Source of the DNA: Tubulanus polymorphus
Taxonomy: Eukaryota; Animalia; Nemertea
Length of the DNA stretch: 64,000 nucleotides
Reading direction: 5' to 3'
Assembly: GCF_964204645.1 (NCBI RefSeq)
Contig: NC_134029.1
Location: 12,488,850-12,552,849, forward strand
Shown: positions 48,567 to 61,608 of the stretch, one piece after another
Layout: each line of letters starts with the position of its first letter
How positions within the stretch are numbered: the stretch's first letter is position 1
Made by a program: the position numbers and the translations under genes
The notes under the pieces: model-generated
What the model saw: only the letters and a program-made list of their open reading frames with translations
Databases searched by the model: none
Told to the model about the DNA's origin: nothing

Positions 48567-50043
48567 TAATAAGAAACACGCGAATCTCAATAGGGTTTTA
48601 TGTGATGTAACAGAAAACCCTAATAAGAAACACGCGAATCTCAATAGGGTTTCCTGTGATGTAACAGAAAACCTAATAATAATAAGAAACACGCGAATCT
48701 CAATAGGGTTTTCTGTGATGTAACAGAAAACCCTAAATATAGCTGCAAAGCAGCGATAACGGGTTTTCTGAGCAGGCGTGCTATTCATAGTTTGAAAAGT
48801 GGATAATATAAATATATCAATACGGGATACGCATTTGACGTGTCAAGTCACACCAATGCGGTTTAACATAACATAATTTATAGTTATAGTCAAATTGGGG
48901 GTTACTCGGGTCGTTTAGTTGTCTGCGGAGTCGAGTAGATTGGTTACCCGTCTGTAACATTGGTTACGGAAACGACTCGTCAGCTTGATGAGTTGTATGT
49001 ATTATGATTGTGCGCCACCTGCATCTTCCGAAATAATGTTCATATAATTATTTGAAGGGAGGATTGAAATCAATTATCAACGTACATCTGAATATGTAAG
49101 TCCTTAGTAACTTTCTGTTGCAGAGGGCATAGAAAAGATTTTGAAATTATTTAATTAAAATATAAATTTTATTTACGAAAAATAAACTATTATGGTCAGT
49201 ACAAATTGAAAATTCATAGTGTATTTTTAAGAACAAGCTTACATAGCTTACAGAATACATCACGTACATTTGAATTTTATAAGTGATGGGTAAAAATCAA
49301 CGTGTGACAGAAAAAAATGTAGTTAATTATTCAACAATATCGAAATATGTGCTCTCTTTTTAAACTAATGGAGTGATACGCAATTAATCACATGGCCTGT
49401 ATTAAAAGATAGAACATACAAGTTGGATATTTATACGTCGAAACATGTGAACAGAAACTAAAACTTTGATATCAGTGACCAGTATCGAATTACACAACGA
49501 CAATTGGCTTTAAACTCAACAAACATTATTAAAGAATGTTTCAAACAAAATGCTTTATATAACGACATGAATAAACTTGTTTTACAAAACAAGAAAGTAC
49601 ATTTTGAACTTTTGAATGGTCGAATCCCATTTATTCACAGTAACCTGTGATGTGGCGATCCTCGGAGCTATCATTCTTGATGACGTCACTAACAAGTGGT
49701 CACGGCCGTCGCGTGCACTCATTTCTTTGAAAATCTAGCTTCCTCGCGGAGCGGGACCTGGTGACGCTGCGCCCCGCCCCCTTCGTGCTGAGATATATCT
49801 TATTCCCAGTCAGCAAAGACAGGTTCTAAAGATCATAGAGTGCATCGCTGGAGGGTTTCCGATCCAATTTGAATTGGTGCGGTGGCGCTCTCAATGCGAA
49901 AGTTTTTGTGAATTTTTTAGTCGGCGACGGACGTTTATCGTTGTAAGTGATGTAATATGAGTAATAGGAAGATGTGGGTTTCATACCAGAGGACGAGAGG
50001 ACGAGACACCACTCATCACCACAGGTAATTTTTTTCCTAATAA

Positions 50044-53000
50044 ATGGGGGAGAATGAACACCAGCCAGAAAACAATAATGTTAATAAAAATCAATATTAT
50101 TGCACATATTGTAAAAAATACGTCGATACATCTAATAAAACACGACATGAAAAAACTGCAAATCATATAAAAAATGTAATAGATTTTGAAACTCCAGAAA
50201 ATTCCAATGAAAGAAAAGAAAGATTAGAAAATATGAAATAAAATGTGAAGTTTGTAATGAATTTATAGTAAAAAGGAATTATAATAGACATCTCGAATCA
50301 CAAAAACACCATCAAAATTTGAGTAATAATCTTTTAGGAAAAGATTATTTTGATGATAAACCTCAAAAAGTAAAAAAACCAACTTCAAAAACTAAATCCA
50401 TTTCAAATAAACCTTACATGGAAAATGTTAGAAATTATATTGATTCACTAGAAATAAAAGATACAATTGAAATTTTAGAAACATTACGTAGTAAAATTGG
50501 TCCTGCAGCTATTATATTTAGATTTTTTAAAGGTACAACAATAGAAGATTATAGTAAATTTAATGAAATAATAGAAAAAATACTAGATTTGATAACAGAT
50601 GTTGAATATCCAAAAATTAGTATCTCTGGGAAAGTAAGTTTTTAAAGTCAGAAGATAAAATGGATTATAATATTCAAACACTCTCTGATGAAATAATTTC
50701 AAAAACACAAATAAAAGAGAAGTAAGAAAAAATATTTAATGAATTTAAACGTCATATTGAAGAAAGATATTTTGAGGGTTCTGGCTTAACATTGAATGAA
50801 ATTATATTTTTATATTTAAATGTTTATAATACAAAAAGAAATAAAACATCAAAAAGTAATAAAATGATTAAAAAGGATTCAAACTTTACAACAGAAAAGG
50901 AGGATATTAAAGGATCATCTTATATTAAATTACCATTTACAACAAAAGCAGTAATAAATGTTCAAAATGAAGATAATAAATGTTTTCTGTGGGCAATTAT
51001 TAGTTGCTTACATCCAACAGAAGATATTACACATAGTTTTAGAATAAAAAATTACCGGAAATAAGAAACATTATATAAAATTGATCAATTATCCAGTAAC
51101 TATAAAAATGATTTCTAAAATAGAAAAAGTTAATAATTTAAAAATAAATGCAATTACCAATTAATGCAATTACCAAAGACAAAAGGTGAAAATATTAAAG
51201 ATTATACATTGGAAGCTTTATATTTAACAGAATATTATGATGATGAAAATGCTATAGATTTGTTATATTACAAAAAAGATGAAAATGAACATTATATGTG
51301 GTTAAAACAAATTGATTTATTCTTTAGAACAGAAAGTGATCATCATCGTAAAATTTATCTATGTAGAAAATGTTTATCTAAATTTATGACTGAGAATACA
51401 TTATTAAAACATAAAGAATTATGTGATAATAAAGATTTTTGTAAATTAATAATGCCAACAGAAAAAGATTATAAATTGAAATTTACTAATCATAAATTTA
51501 AGAATATTGTTCCATTTGTAATTTATGGGGATTTTGAATCGTTGAATAAAGAATTAACTGATCAAGATAGAAAAGAAATATATAACAAAAAGCAATTATT
51601 AAAATCAATGGATAAAGGAAATGAATTAAATGAAGACACAATACAAGACCCACCAATTATAAATACAATTAAAAAAGTTCATCAAAGAGCTGCTGCTTAT
51701 GGAATTTATATAAAATCAAATTATCCTGAATTATATGAAAATCAATATATTTCTTTTAGAGGTGAAAATGTAGTTAATGATTTTTGTGATAAAATGATTG
51801 AATTAGAAAGTGATTTTGCAAAATTATTAAACAAAAATAAAAGAATAGTTATGACAAAAGAAGATGAAATTGATTTTAATTATGCAACTCATTGTTGTTA
51901 TTGTGAAAAACGTTTTTATTCATTTGATAAAAAAGTTAGAGATCATGATCATTTAAATTCAAAATATCGTGGAGCTGCTCATGAAGATTGCAATTTACAA
52001 GCAAAGAAAGTCAATTTCGTACCAATATTATTTCATAATTTATCAGGCTATGATACCCATCTATTTATAAAACAATTATCGGGAAAATTGGGCGCAATTA
52101 ATCAAGAAATAGAAGAATATAATGCTATGAATGGTGTAAATGTAAGAAAATATGATTTTAAACTATTAGCTAAAACATCTGAAAATTATATTTCATTTCA
52201 ATTTGGTTGCATTAGATTTTTAGATTCTTATAGATTTCTAGCAAGTTCATTAGATAATTTATCAAAAAGTTTAGTTGATAATGATTTTGTAATAACTCGA
52301 TATTATTATCCAAATGAACAAGATTTTAAATTATTGAGATATGAAGGCGCAATTCCTTATTCATTTTATAAAACACACAATGATTTTAATGTAACAGAAT
52401 TATTAAAAGATCAATTTTATGATCAATTAAAAGAGGAGTATGTGAAAGACGAAGTGTTTAATAGAACATTAAATATTTGGAACCATTTTAAGATGAAAAA
52501 TCATGGTGAATTAGTTGATTTATATTTAAAATCAGATGTTATGATATTGGCTGACATATTTGAAAAATTTAGAGAAGTTAATTTGAATCATTTTAATGTT
52601 GATCCTTGTTATTGCTACTCTAGTCCTGGTTTAAGCTGGCAATGTGGTTTAAAATACACAAATGTAGAATTAGATTTATTTAAAGAACCAGACATGGTTT
52701 TATTATTTGAAAAATCAATTAGAGGTGGAATTAGTGGTGTTATGGGAGATAGATATTTTAAAGCAAATGATGAATATAAATTATTATATATTGACGCCAA
52801 TAATTTATATGGTTGGGCAATGATGCAACCTCAACCATGTAAAAATTTTATATTAACAGAAGATGAAAATGGTGATAAAACTGATTGGGAAAGCGCAATT
52901 GCGAGTTTAAAAGATGAAGCACCAATTGGTTATTTCTTTGTAGTTGATTTAGAATATCCTGAAAATATAAAGTTTAAAACAAGAAACTTACCTTATTGCC

Positions 53001-55104
53001 CAGAACATTTAACTGTAGATGATAGTTATTTAAGTGAATACCAGAAGAAAAGAAAACCGAAAGATCATGTTTTTACAGAAAAATTAATACTTACTCAAAA
53101 TAATAAATACAATTATATTGTTCATTATAGAATGTTAAAATTTTATCTAAAACAAGGAATGAAATTAAAGAAAGTACATAGATATATTGAATTTAATCAA
53201 TCGAAGTGGTTAGAAAAATATATAGATTTCAATACTCAACAGAGAACCATATCAACAACAGATTTTGAAAAAGATTTCTTCAAATTAATGAATAATAGTT
53301 TTTATGGTAAAACATGTGAAAATATTAGAAATAGAAATGATATTGAATTAGTAAATAATTCTGAACGACTAAGACATTTACAATCAAGTCCTAGACATTT
53401 AGGAAATAAAAGATTTGAAGATTATTCAACAGCAGTTAAATTAAAAAGAACGTCAATGAAATTTAATAAACCTATATTCATTGGTTCAACTGTTTTAGAA
53501 GTATCAAAATTATTAATGTATGATTTTTATTATGTTTTACAACCACTTTTTGGGGAAAAGCATATTGAAATATTATATTTTGATTCTGTAACAGCTAACA
53601 CCCCAATATCATTAAAATGTAATGATAAAATATTGATAAGAAGAATTTCAGAAATAATTCCAAAACAAAATGAATGTTATATTTCATATGGTGAAAAAGA
53701 ATTAATACAAATGAATGGATTAATGGATGTTTGGACAAGAAATGGATGGAAAAAATCAAAGAATGTTATTAGACATAAAACAAATAAGAAAATCTATAGA
53801 GTTGGAACTAAATTAGGATTTGTAGATGTTACAGAAGATCATAGTTTAATTAAACGAAATGGCGATGAAATAAAACCAATTGATATAAAAATTGGAGATG
53901 AATTATTACATAAAAGATTTTTCCAAAGAATGAATCATATGTCATTTGATGAAATTATTGATAATATTTATGATATAGAACCCGAAACATTAGAAGTAAA
54001 AGAATATTTTATCAAAGGATTTTTCATGGGTGATGGTTCAGCAGGTGTGTATAATTATGTTTGGGGTAATAAATATTGTTGGTATTTATGCAATCAAGAC
54101 TTGAAATTATTAGAAAGAATTAAGAAATTCTGTGAAGAAGTTTATTCACATAAAACATTTAGAATCATGGATGTTATGAAATCATCAGCAGTTTATAGAA
54201 TACTTGTAAATAATCCTAAAGATTTTGCTATAAAATATAATGATGAATTCTATATTCATGCAATAGTGAAAAGTAATACTTCAACTAAAGAAAAGATAGT
54301 ACCAGATTATGTATTAAATGCAAAAAATAATTTAAGAAAGTGGTTCTTCATTGGATTCTATGCCGCAGATGGCACTAAAAAATTTACAAAGGATAAAAAG
54401 ATAACCTTTGCACAAAAAGGAAAAGTTGCTATATCAGGATTAAATATATTATGCAGTTCATTAGGATTTAATATGAATATAGAATTAATTAAATCTAAAC
54501 CAAATTGTTTTAATTTAAGGCATGTAGAAAAAGAATTAACAGAAGAAGTTAAAGATTTATTTGAAATATATAACCCAACTGACTATGTTTATGATTTATC
54601 AACAGATGATGGAACATTCAATTCTGGGTTCCCATTAATCCAAAAAATACTGACAGTTACATACTAAAAATCAAGACAAATGACATAACAAAAGATTTAA
54701 AAACATTAAAACATCATTTTGATTTTAGCAATTATCCCAAAGATCATGAACTATTTAGCAATGATAATAAAAAGATTCCTGGTAAATTTAAAGATGAATT
54801 AGGGGGTGATGAAATGATTGAATTTGTTGGGATAAGAAGTAAAATGTATAGTTATAGAACAAAAGATCATGAAGCTAAAAAGTTAAAAGGAATAACAAAA
54901 CATGTGGTTGATAAACATATAGAATTTCAAGATTATATAAAGTGTTTATATAAATCAATTGTAATAATACATAAAATGAATTGTTTAAGATCAGAAGATC
55001 ACGAGATGTACATTAATGAAGTTGAAAAAACTAGTTAGAATCCATTTGATGATAAAAGGCATATTTTAGATGATGGTATAAAAACATTACCTTATGGCCA
55101 TTAA
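50044..55104 (+). pseudogene. pPolB of C, intein-containing, with several stops and frameshifts
   Basis: ORFs 50044, 50319, 50792, 51164 and 54814 align in order to the pol of B; all Exo and Pol motifs present. Confidence 0.93.
53585..54648 (+). mobile_element. Intein with LAGLIDADG homing endonuclease (~355 aa)
   Basis: YFD|SVTANTPI (block A), VDVTEDHSLI (B), FIKGFFMGDGS (C), FFIGFYAADG (E), YVYDLST (F), ...KN|TDSY (G, after restoring one A at 54642-54647); absent from B. Confidence 0.93.
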
Positions 55105-56425
55105 AACATAAAATCAATATCATCAAACTCGAAATCACTATTTGTTTCTTCTTTTTCATTTAATTGTTCTTGTATAATTTGTTTAGGTTCTTCCATTTCA
55201 ATTTTCTCATTTAAATAAAGTTCTATCTTGTACCACATTTCATCTCGCTCCCTTTGTTTCTTTTTGTTCGTTAATTCATCAAATGGAATTATAATATCGA
55301 TGTTCAAATAATTTACAATCTTATTTAAAAAGAATTCATAATTAATTGAATCTGTTATTCTATTTTCCAAATGATACATTAATATTTGTTTGAATATTTT
55401 TTTTATATTTTCCATATCTTCTTCTGTTAATTTAGGTTTTTCATAATAATCGTTAAATAATAAATATAAATACATTTTCTTTTGTTTTGTGTTAAATGTT
55501 GATGGAATAATTGTTTTTATAATATCTTGTTTAGTTATTTCACCATTTTTATTTTCTATCATTTTCATTTTTTCAAGCCATTGCATATATTCTGGTGTAT
55601 GATCTTCCGTAGAAAATACCTTAAAAATTTCATCTAGATAATTTAATTTTGGATCTATAAGAATATTTCTAGTTTTTTTATCACCCCATAAATTCTTTTG
55701 CCATCCACATTCATTACAAAATAACACAGTACCTTCTTGTCTTAAGGTCGCATAATAACATTGTGGGCATTTTTGTTTATAATTTATTGGTAATAGATCT
55801 TCATTAAGCTCCTGGTATTTTCTTACGTTTTCTTTATGTTTTATTGTTCTATTATGTAGATTTGAATTACTTGTTGTAATAATCAATTTACAATATTTAC
55901 AATAATATGTTTTTCTTGTTAATTCATTATATTGTTTTCTAACTTTTCAACTGTTTCTTTATTATCTGGTAACGTTTTCTCATATTTTATTTTTTCTAAT
56001 ATTTTATTTTTTCTTTCATTGAATTCCGCTTCAAATTTATTAGAAATTTTATCTATATGTATTTTACGAAATTGATGATTCTCCCAAGCTTCTATATTTT
56101 CAGGGTTATATTTTATTCGACAAGGCTCACAGAAATGATCTTTTATATTATCCTTGTCATAGAATAAGAAAGGTCTTTTCCAAATAATTTCAGGTTCAAC
56201 TTCAGAATTACTATTACTTTCATTACTATCAACATTAGCCGTTGCGCCATTAATTTTACACTTCTCTGAATGTTTTTTAACATAATTTCTTGAGAATAAT
56301 TTATCACATTTTGGGCAGTTTGTTTTAGGGGGTTTATAATTTTCATCATGTTTTTTCATATGTCGAGCCATATTACTTTTTCTTAGAAGTTCACCACAAA
56401 TTTCGCATGGTATCTTCTCATCCAT
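55101..56425 (-). pseudogene. Multi-Zn-finger protein with VLTF3-like C-terminal domain, one frameshift
   Basis: Adding one A near 55937 joins the 168- and 261-aa ORFs through LEKQYNELTRKTYYCKYC. CPQC...CNECG plus INYEFFLNKI...L...KKQRERDEMWYKI recalls poxvirus/NCLDV late transcription factor 3. Confidence 0.6.
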
Positions 56426-56492
56426 TTATTTTGGAAAAATTTTATTAAAATTAATTTTTAGTGATGAGCGTTAATTTTTTATGTTATAAATA

Positions 56493-57247
56493 ATGGTAGA
56501 ATTAAAAGAATATAGAATATTTGTTGATTCTAGAAAACTTACAAATTATAAAACACATAATTTATTAGTTCAATTAGATAGAGAATTCAAGAATTGTGTT
56601 GATTTAAAATTAGTTAATATAAGTTTATGTAATTCTTTTTACAATATATCGGATAAAAGTTTTGATCATAGATTGTTTATGATTCATGATAGAAATATGG
56701 ATAAATGGTATCATCTATTTCTAAGACCAGGATTATATAATTTAGAAACATTATCTCAAGAAATTAATAAAAGAGCTCAGTTAAAAGTGGGTGAATCTGT
56801 TGGGTTTAACATTAAATTTAATAAAATTGATAGTACTAATAAAATAAGAATAAAGTTAACTAATGAACAATATAAATTCATAGTAAGAAAACCATTAGCT
56901 AAAATGCTAGGAGTTAATCCAAATAAAGTTTATTCAAATGTTGATACTACACCAAATATAATACCTTTTACGTACTTCTATATTTATTGTAATTTAATTG
57001 ATCCTACAAAAACATTCGAAGCAACTAAAGATACAATTTGTAATTCTGGTTTATTAAATATTTTACCATTAAAAATGTCAAACAATTTGGAACTCAAATA
57101 AATTATAATTTAACAGAATGTGATTTTAAACCTTGCATTCCACATTTCAATAATTTCAAATTAGAAATAAGAAATCATAATGGTTATTTAATTGATTTAA
57201 ATAACTTTCCTGTGATATATGAATTAGTTATAAGATGTAGAGAGTAA
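56493..57247 (+). pseudogene. Minor capsid (penton-like) protein, frameshift near 57075
   Basis: IFVDSR, NSFYNI, LRPGLYNLETLSQEIN, YFYIYCNLID, LLNILPL, then IRNHNGYLIDLNNFP in a shifted frame. Confidence 0.75.
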
Positions 57248-57263
57248 TTTTTTCATTATATAA

Positions 57264-57605
57264 ATGAATATAACTGTTGGACCGAGTATATGTTTTGGGT
57301 TTGATTTTAAACATGGTAAAGAAATGAGAATTAAACTAAATGATGTAATTACTGATATAAAAAGTAAATCATTTAACAATGCGTCAATGATTGATAAAGA
57401 AAATTATAATATAGAAAAAGTAATTGATTTAATTAAATCACCTTTAGAATATTATGAATTAAATGAAGATGGAATTATTGATGATATCAAAAACATATTA
57501 TCCAAAATATATGATAATCATCAAAGTAGTAATGAAATAAATGTTGAATTAATCATCACTAAGATAACTAAATATTTTGATGATAGTAATTTTTTTGATA
57601 AATAA
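57264..57605 (+). CDS. Hypothetical protein (113 aa)
   Basis: Identical to 28114..28455. Confidence 0.7.
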   Translation: MNITVGPSICFGFDFKHGKEMRIKLNDVITDIKSKSFNNASMIDKENYNIEKVIDLIKSPLEYYELNEDGIIDDIKNILSKIYDNHQSSNEINVELIITKITKYFDDSNFFDK

Positions 57606-57826
57606 ATGAGGGATAATAAGTGGATAATAACTGGATTATATAATGGCGCATTACTATCAGTTGGAACTGTTGGTTATTCAATGGTATTAAAAAAGTATTT
57701 AAAATGGGAAGTGTTAATGTTGATAGATTTGATATAAATGATATTTTAAAATTAACATTAGCAGTTACTTTATCTAATTCAACTATTGATTATTTGGAAA
57801 AACGAAAATATATTCCTCCCATATAA
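57606..57826 (+). pseudogene. Small hydrophobic protein, A-run frameshift
   Basis: Matches 28456..28677 except A6 versus A7 at ~57689. Confidence 0.6.
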
Positions 57827-57850
57827 ATGCATAATTTTTTTGCTAAATAA

Positions 57851-58268
57851 ATGGCTTCTGCAATTATAACTATTATAGGATCGGCAATTGTTAACGCTTT
57901 AGCATTTACTGGTGGTGGATATTTATTTAAACATATTGGAAAAAAAAAGTTCATTAGGAGAACAAAGAAGACATAACTTAGCGTTAGAGAAATATAATAA
58001 AGCAGCAGAAGAATATAGAGAAAAAAGATAAAACTATATGGATTATATTAACAAGGAATTATATGATCAGAAGATTTCACATAGAGATTTTCAATCAGTT
58101 GATGATGCAATGAGTTTAAATAACGCGGTAACAAATAAAGAAAAATTACATCTATACAAACCTAAATTATCAGATTATTATACCCCGAGTAAAGAACAAC
58201 AGAAATATGAAATAATATGGATTTTAGGTGGAACTGTTATATTTGTAGCATATAAATTTACTAATTAG
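57851..58268 (+). pseudogene. Small membrane/coiled-coil protein
   Basis: Copy of 28702..29117 with the same TAA (58029). Confidence 0.65.
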
Positions 58269-58287
58269 TAATTTTTTTTCTAAATAA

Positions 58288-58722
58288 ATGGAAGATAAAG
58301 TTGATAGTATTGATATTATTCCTCATGATATAAATAAAACTAAATTAAAAATATATTTAGAAAAACAAATATTAGAATTTGAAAGTGACTTGAAGATAAA
58401 AAAGAAAAAATATTTAAAAAGTAAAATTATATATTATCTTATTATTAGTGGTTCGGTTACAATTAGTTCTGTAATAACATTTCTAGCAATGTTCAGTCCA
58501 TTAACACCTTTAGCTATATCAATTGGTGTATTAGGATTAAGTTCAAGTGTTTTAACTGGTATAAGTTCAAAATTAAATATAAAAAGTAATAAAGAAAAAA
58601 TTAAAACTAATATAAAAGAAATTAATAAATTAAAGAATACACTAGACTATATAATAAGTTTAAATGGCCATATAACAGTTGAAGAACAAGATAAATTATT
58701 AAAAGAATTAATAAATTATTAA
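58288..58722 (+). CDS. Two-TM membrane protein (144 aa)
   Basis: Identical to 29137..29571. Confidence 0.7.
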   Translation: MEDKVDSIDIIPHDINKTKLKIYLEKQILEFESDLKIKKKKYLKSKIIYYLIISGSVTISSVITFLAMFSPLTPLAISIGVLGLSSSVLTGISSKLNIKSNKEKIKTNIKEINKLKNTLDYIISLNGHITVEEQDKLLKELINY

Positions 58723-58738
58723 TTTTTTTATTATATAA

Positions 58739-60125
58739 ATGGTAGATAGTTTTCCAAAAGCTTTCCAATATAATAAATCAATTAAATATAATATTCCAGC
58801 AATAGATTTTAATAAAGATATTACATATAGAAATGAAGTTTTAGATTCATTAACTAATTTAGAAATTTATGTTACTGAAACTAATAATTTTAATGCAAAG
58901 ATGGAAAACATATTTCATGTCTATTCAATTAATTTTAAAAAATTGAAAGAAGAAAAAACAATGGTTATTAAAATCTAATATGAAGTATTGGCAGAACCAA
59001 TTAAATTTTGCTGTTTATTGTGCAACAACAGGTTGTGGAATTAGTTGGAATGATCATTTGAATAATTGTAAATATAAATTAATTCAAAGTTTATTTAGAT
59101 TTCATACTTATTTTCAAATAAGATTAATATTAAATGAATTAGAGACCCCTTTACCAGGATCTAGATATTTTAAAGAATTAGATAATAATATTAATTTATC
59201 AAAGTTTTATAAAACTTGTAATGAATTTAATATAGATATAAATAATTCTGATTTTAGAACAAAAATTGGAACAATAAGATCACTTCCTTGCCCTAAAAAG
59301 ATTGCAGAATATTGTGCACTTCCCATACCATCTAATAGCTTTTATAATATCTATAATAATAAATTAGGTTATGGTAAAATAGAAACAAAGGATTTAGAAA
59401 CATTAAATTTCAATAAATTACCGAAATTTTATGATAATTTAAAACAAGAAAACAATAATGGTTGGGTTTATTTCATTTTAGAAAATAATGAAGGTTTTAC
59501 AAAATCAGGTATACAAAGAATAAATCAATCTATTAGAACTTATTTGATATGTATTCTAGGATCACAGGTTGAAACAAGATCCCCAATAATTGGAAATTTA
59601 AATACATCATTTGATACACAGAACCAATTCAAAGTATTATTTGAAGATTCCATTCATAATGATAAAAATAGATCGATTCCAGAAAACATTGTAAGATATC
59701 AAAATTATTTAGATAAATCTCATGTAAGACTAAATTATTGTATAGGCCCTAATCTATTAATTATTTCTAATGATTTAGTACTAAAGATGGGAAACATAAT
59801 TGGTTACAATAATCTAATTAAAACTGCAACAATAAATAATTCATTTGGATTAAATGATATAAATAAAAAGATTATTACTGCTCCAAAATTAATGGAAGGC
59901 GAAAAAAATAAAAAACATATTCAATCAACAGAAACTAAAACTAAGAATATTAAATTAAATAATGATTCTAAACCGGATTATAATACATCAGAAAATATTA
60001 AAACTGATAATATTCAACATGAAATAATTAAAACTGATAATGATAATTAATCCCATGAAAATACTAAATTAGCTTTAACTTGTATAGGAATTGTTATAGG
60101 AGGAATATTATATTTTAAATTTTAA
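58739..60125 (+). pseudogene. Conserved Polinton protein (QLNFAVYCATTGCGIS) with C-terminal TM anchor
   Basis: 79- and 356-aa ORFs joined across an extra A at ~58955 (continuous in B); in-frame stop at 60048 precedes a hydrophobic tail. Confidence 0.7.
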
Positions 60126-60141
60126 TTTTTTTATTATATAA

Positions 60142-61588
60142 ATGGATGTAGAAGGTGGAGAAGATATTGGAATGGATAATTTTGATGAACCTGGCATAAC
60201 TGATGAACTACAACCTGATTTTGGTGAAACAAGTTTTAATGACGGTAATGAGCCAGAATATAATAATAATTTAAATATGCCTGATTATATTAAAAATGCA
60301 GAATCACAATTAAATCCTGAAAATTTAGACCCAGATTTCGATAATTTAAACAAAATACCTAAATTAGAACGTATAATTGAAAAATCTAAACTTAACATAA
60401 ATGATAAAGACGTTGGACCTTTTGCAGATCAATTAAAATTCTTAGATAATGGTAAATGTTATTATCGTTTGAAAGATGATTATTATATTGATATCTCTTA
60501 TAAAAAAGAAGAAAAAATAATAGCAAAATCAACTTTGCTTAAGTTATGTCCAAATAGAATTAAGAGAATAAGAAATAGTAATGAAATAGAAGATGTAACA
60601 CAAGAAGAAATTATTAAAAATGAAAGAGTATTTAAACAAAAAATTTATGAATTATTTGAAATAATCAAAAAGAAATCAGAAACAGAAACAACTTCTGAAC
60701 AGAATAAAACTTCCAAAACTAGTAAATTTAAATCAAATAAAGTTCCAATTGAAAAACTTTTACCGAATGGATTAATTGATGCAACAGATCAACAATTAGA
60801 AGATTTAAATAATATATTTTCCTGTTGAAGCAATTTGAGAAATTAAAATTATAAGACTTGCATCTGATAAAATTGCGCATGATAAAAGTATAAGAGATTT
60901 TAAAATTAAAACTTTAGAAAAAGAATTCACTGATAAAAATAAAGAAATAGAACAATTAAAGTCTGATTTAGATCATCAAGTAATTGATGAAATAGAATAT
61001 AGGCAAAAAGAATTACGTTTAGAAAAAGAAAGAGATGATTTAGAATATAACATCGAATTACAAAAAGAAGAAATTAAATTATTGTTAAAATCATATGATT
61101 ATAATATTGATAGATTAAAAGTTATTTTTAAAGATTTGTTGATTAAACCAAATTCTGAAATATCATTGAAAGATAGAATAAAGTTATTATTTAAATTAGA
61201 AGGAATAACAATTCTTTCAATTCTAACAGCTGTAACTATGTTATGTACAACAATTGGTTTAGCAATATCAAATGCTTTAAAATCTACTCCTACTCCAAAT
61301 AAACCGGATAAACCCCCAAATGATAATAATTCTATACAAGATAAAGTTAAAGATGGTTTAAAGAAATTAGCAAAATATTTATGGGAACTATCTAAAAAAT
61401 CTGCTGCAGCTTTACCAGGAATTATTGCATCAATTGTTGGTTTTATATTGAAATCTGCTGGGAATATTCTTAACTTTGCTGCTGAACATATTATTTTATT
61501 TTTAATTACAGTTGTAAGTGCTATTATTTTTGGGTTAGTGAATATGATATCAAAAAGATATCAAGAAAAAATAATAAAAAATAAATAA
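60142..61588 (+). pseudogene. Acidic/coiled-coil protein with C-terminal membrane helices
   Basis: 228- and 168-aa ORFs bridged by a disrupted coiled coil homologous to 30000-30780. Confidence 0.7.
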
Positions 61589-61608
61589 TTAATTTTTTTG
61601 TTAAATAA

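Noticed and set aside
48969-48992. Hammerhead-like words GAAAC...GTC...TGATGAG
   Set aside because: Lacks CUGA and has no room for stem I or a clear stem II.
4079-49960. A and C termini as two ends of one giant element
   Set aside because: They are in direct, not inverted, orientation and flanks differ (gacagt versus aatatg).
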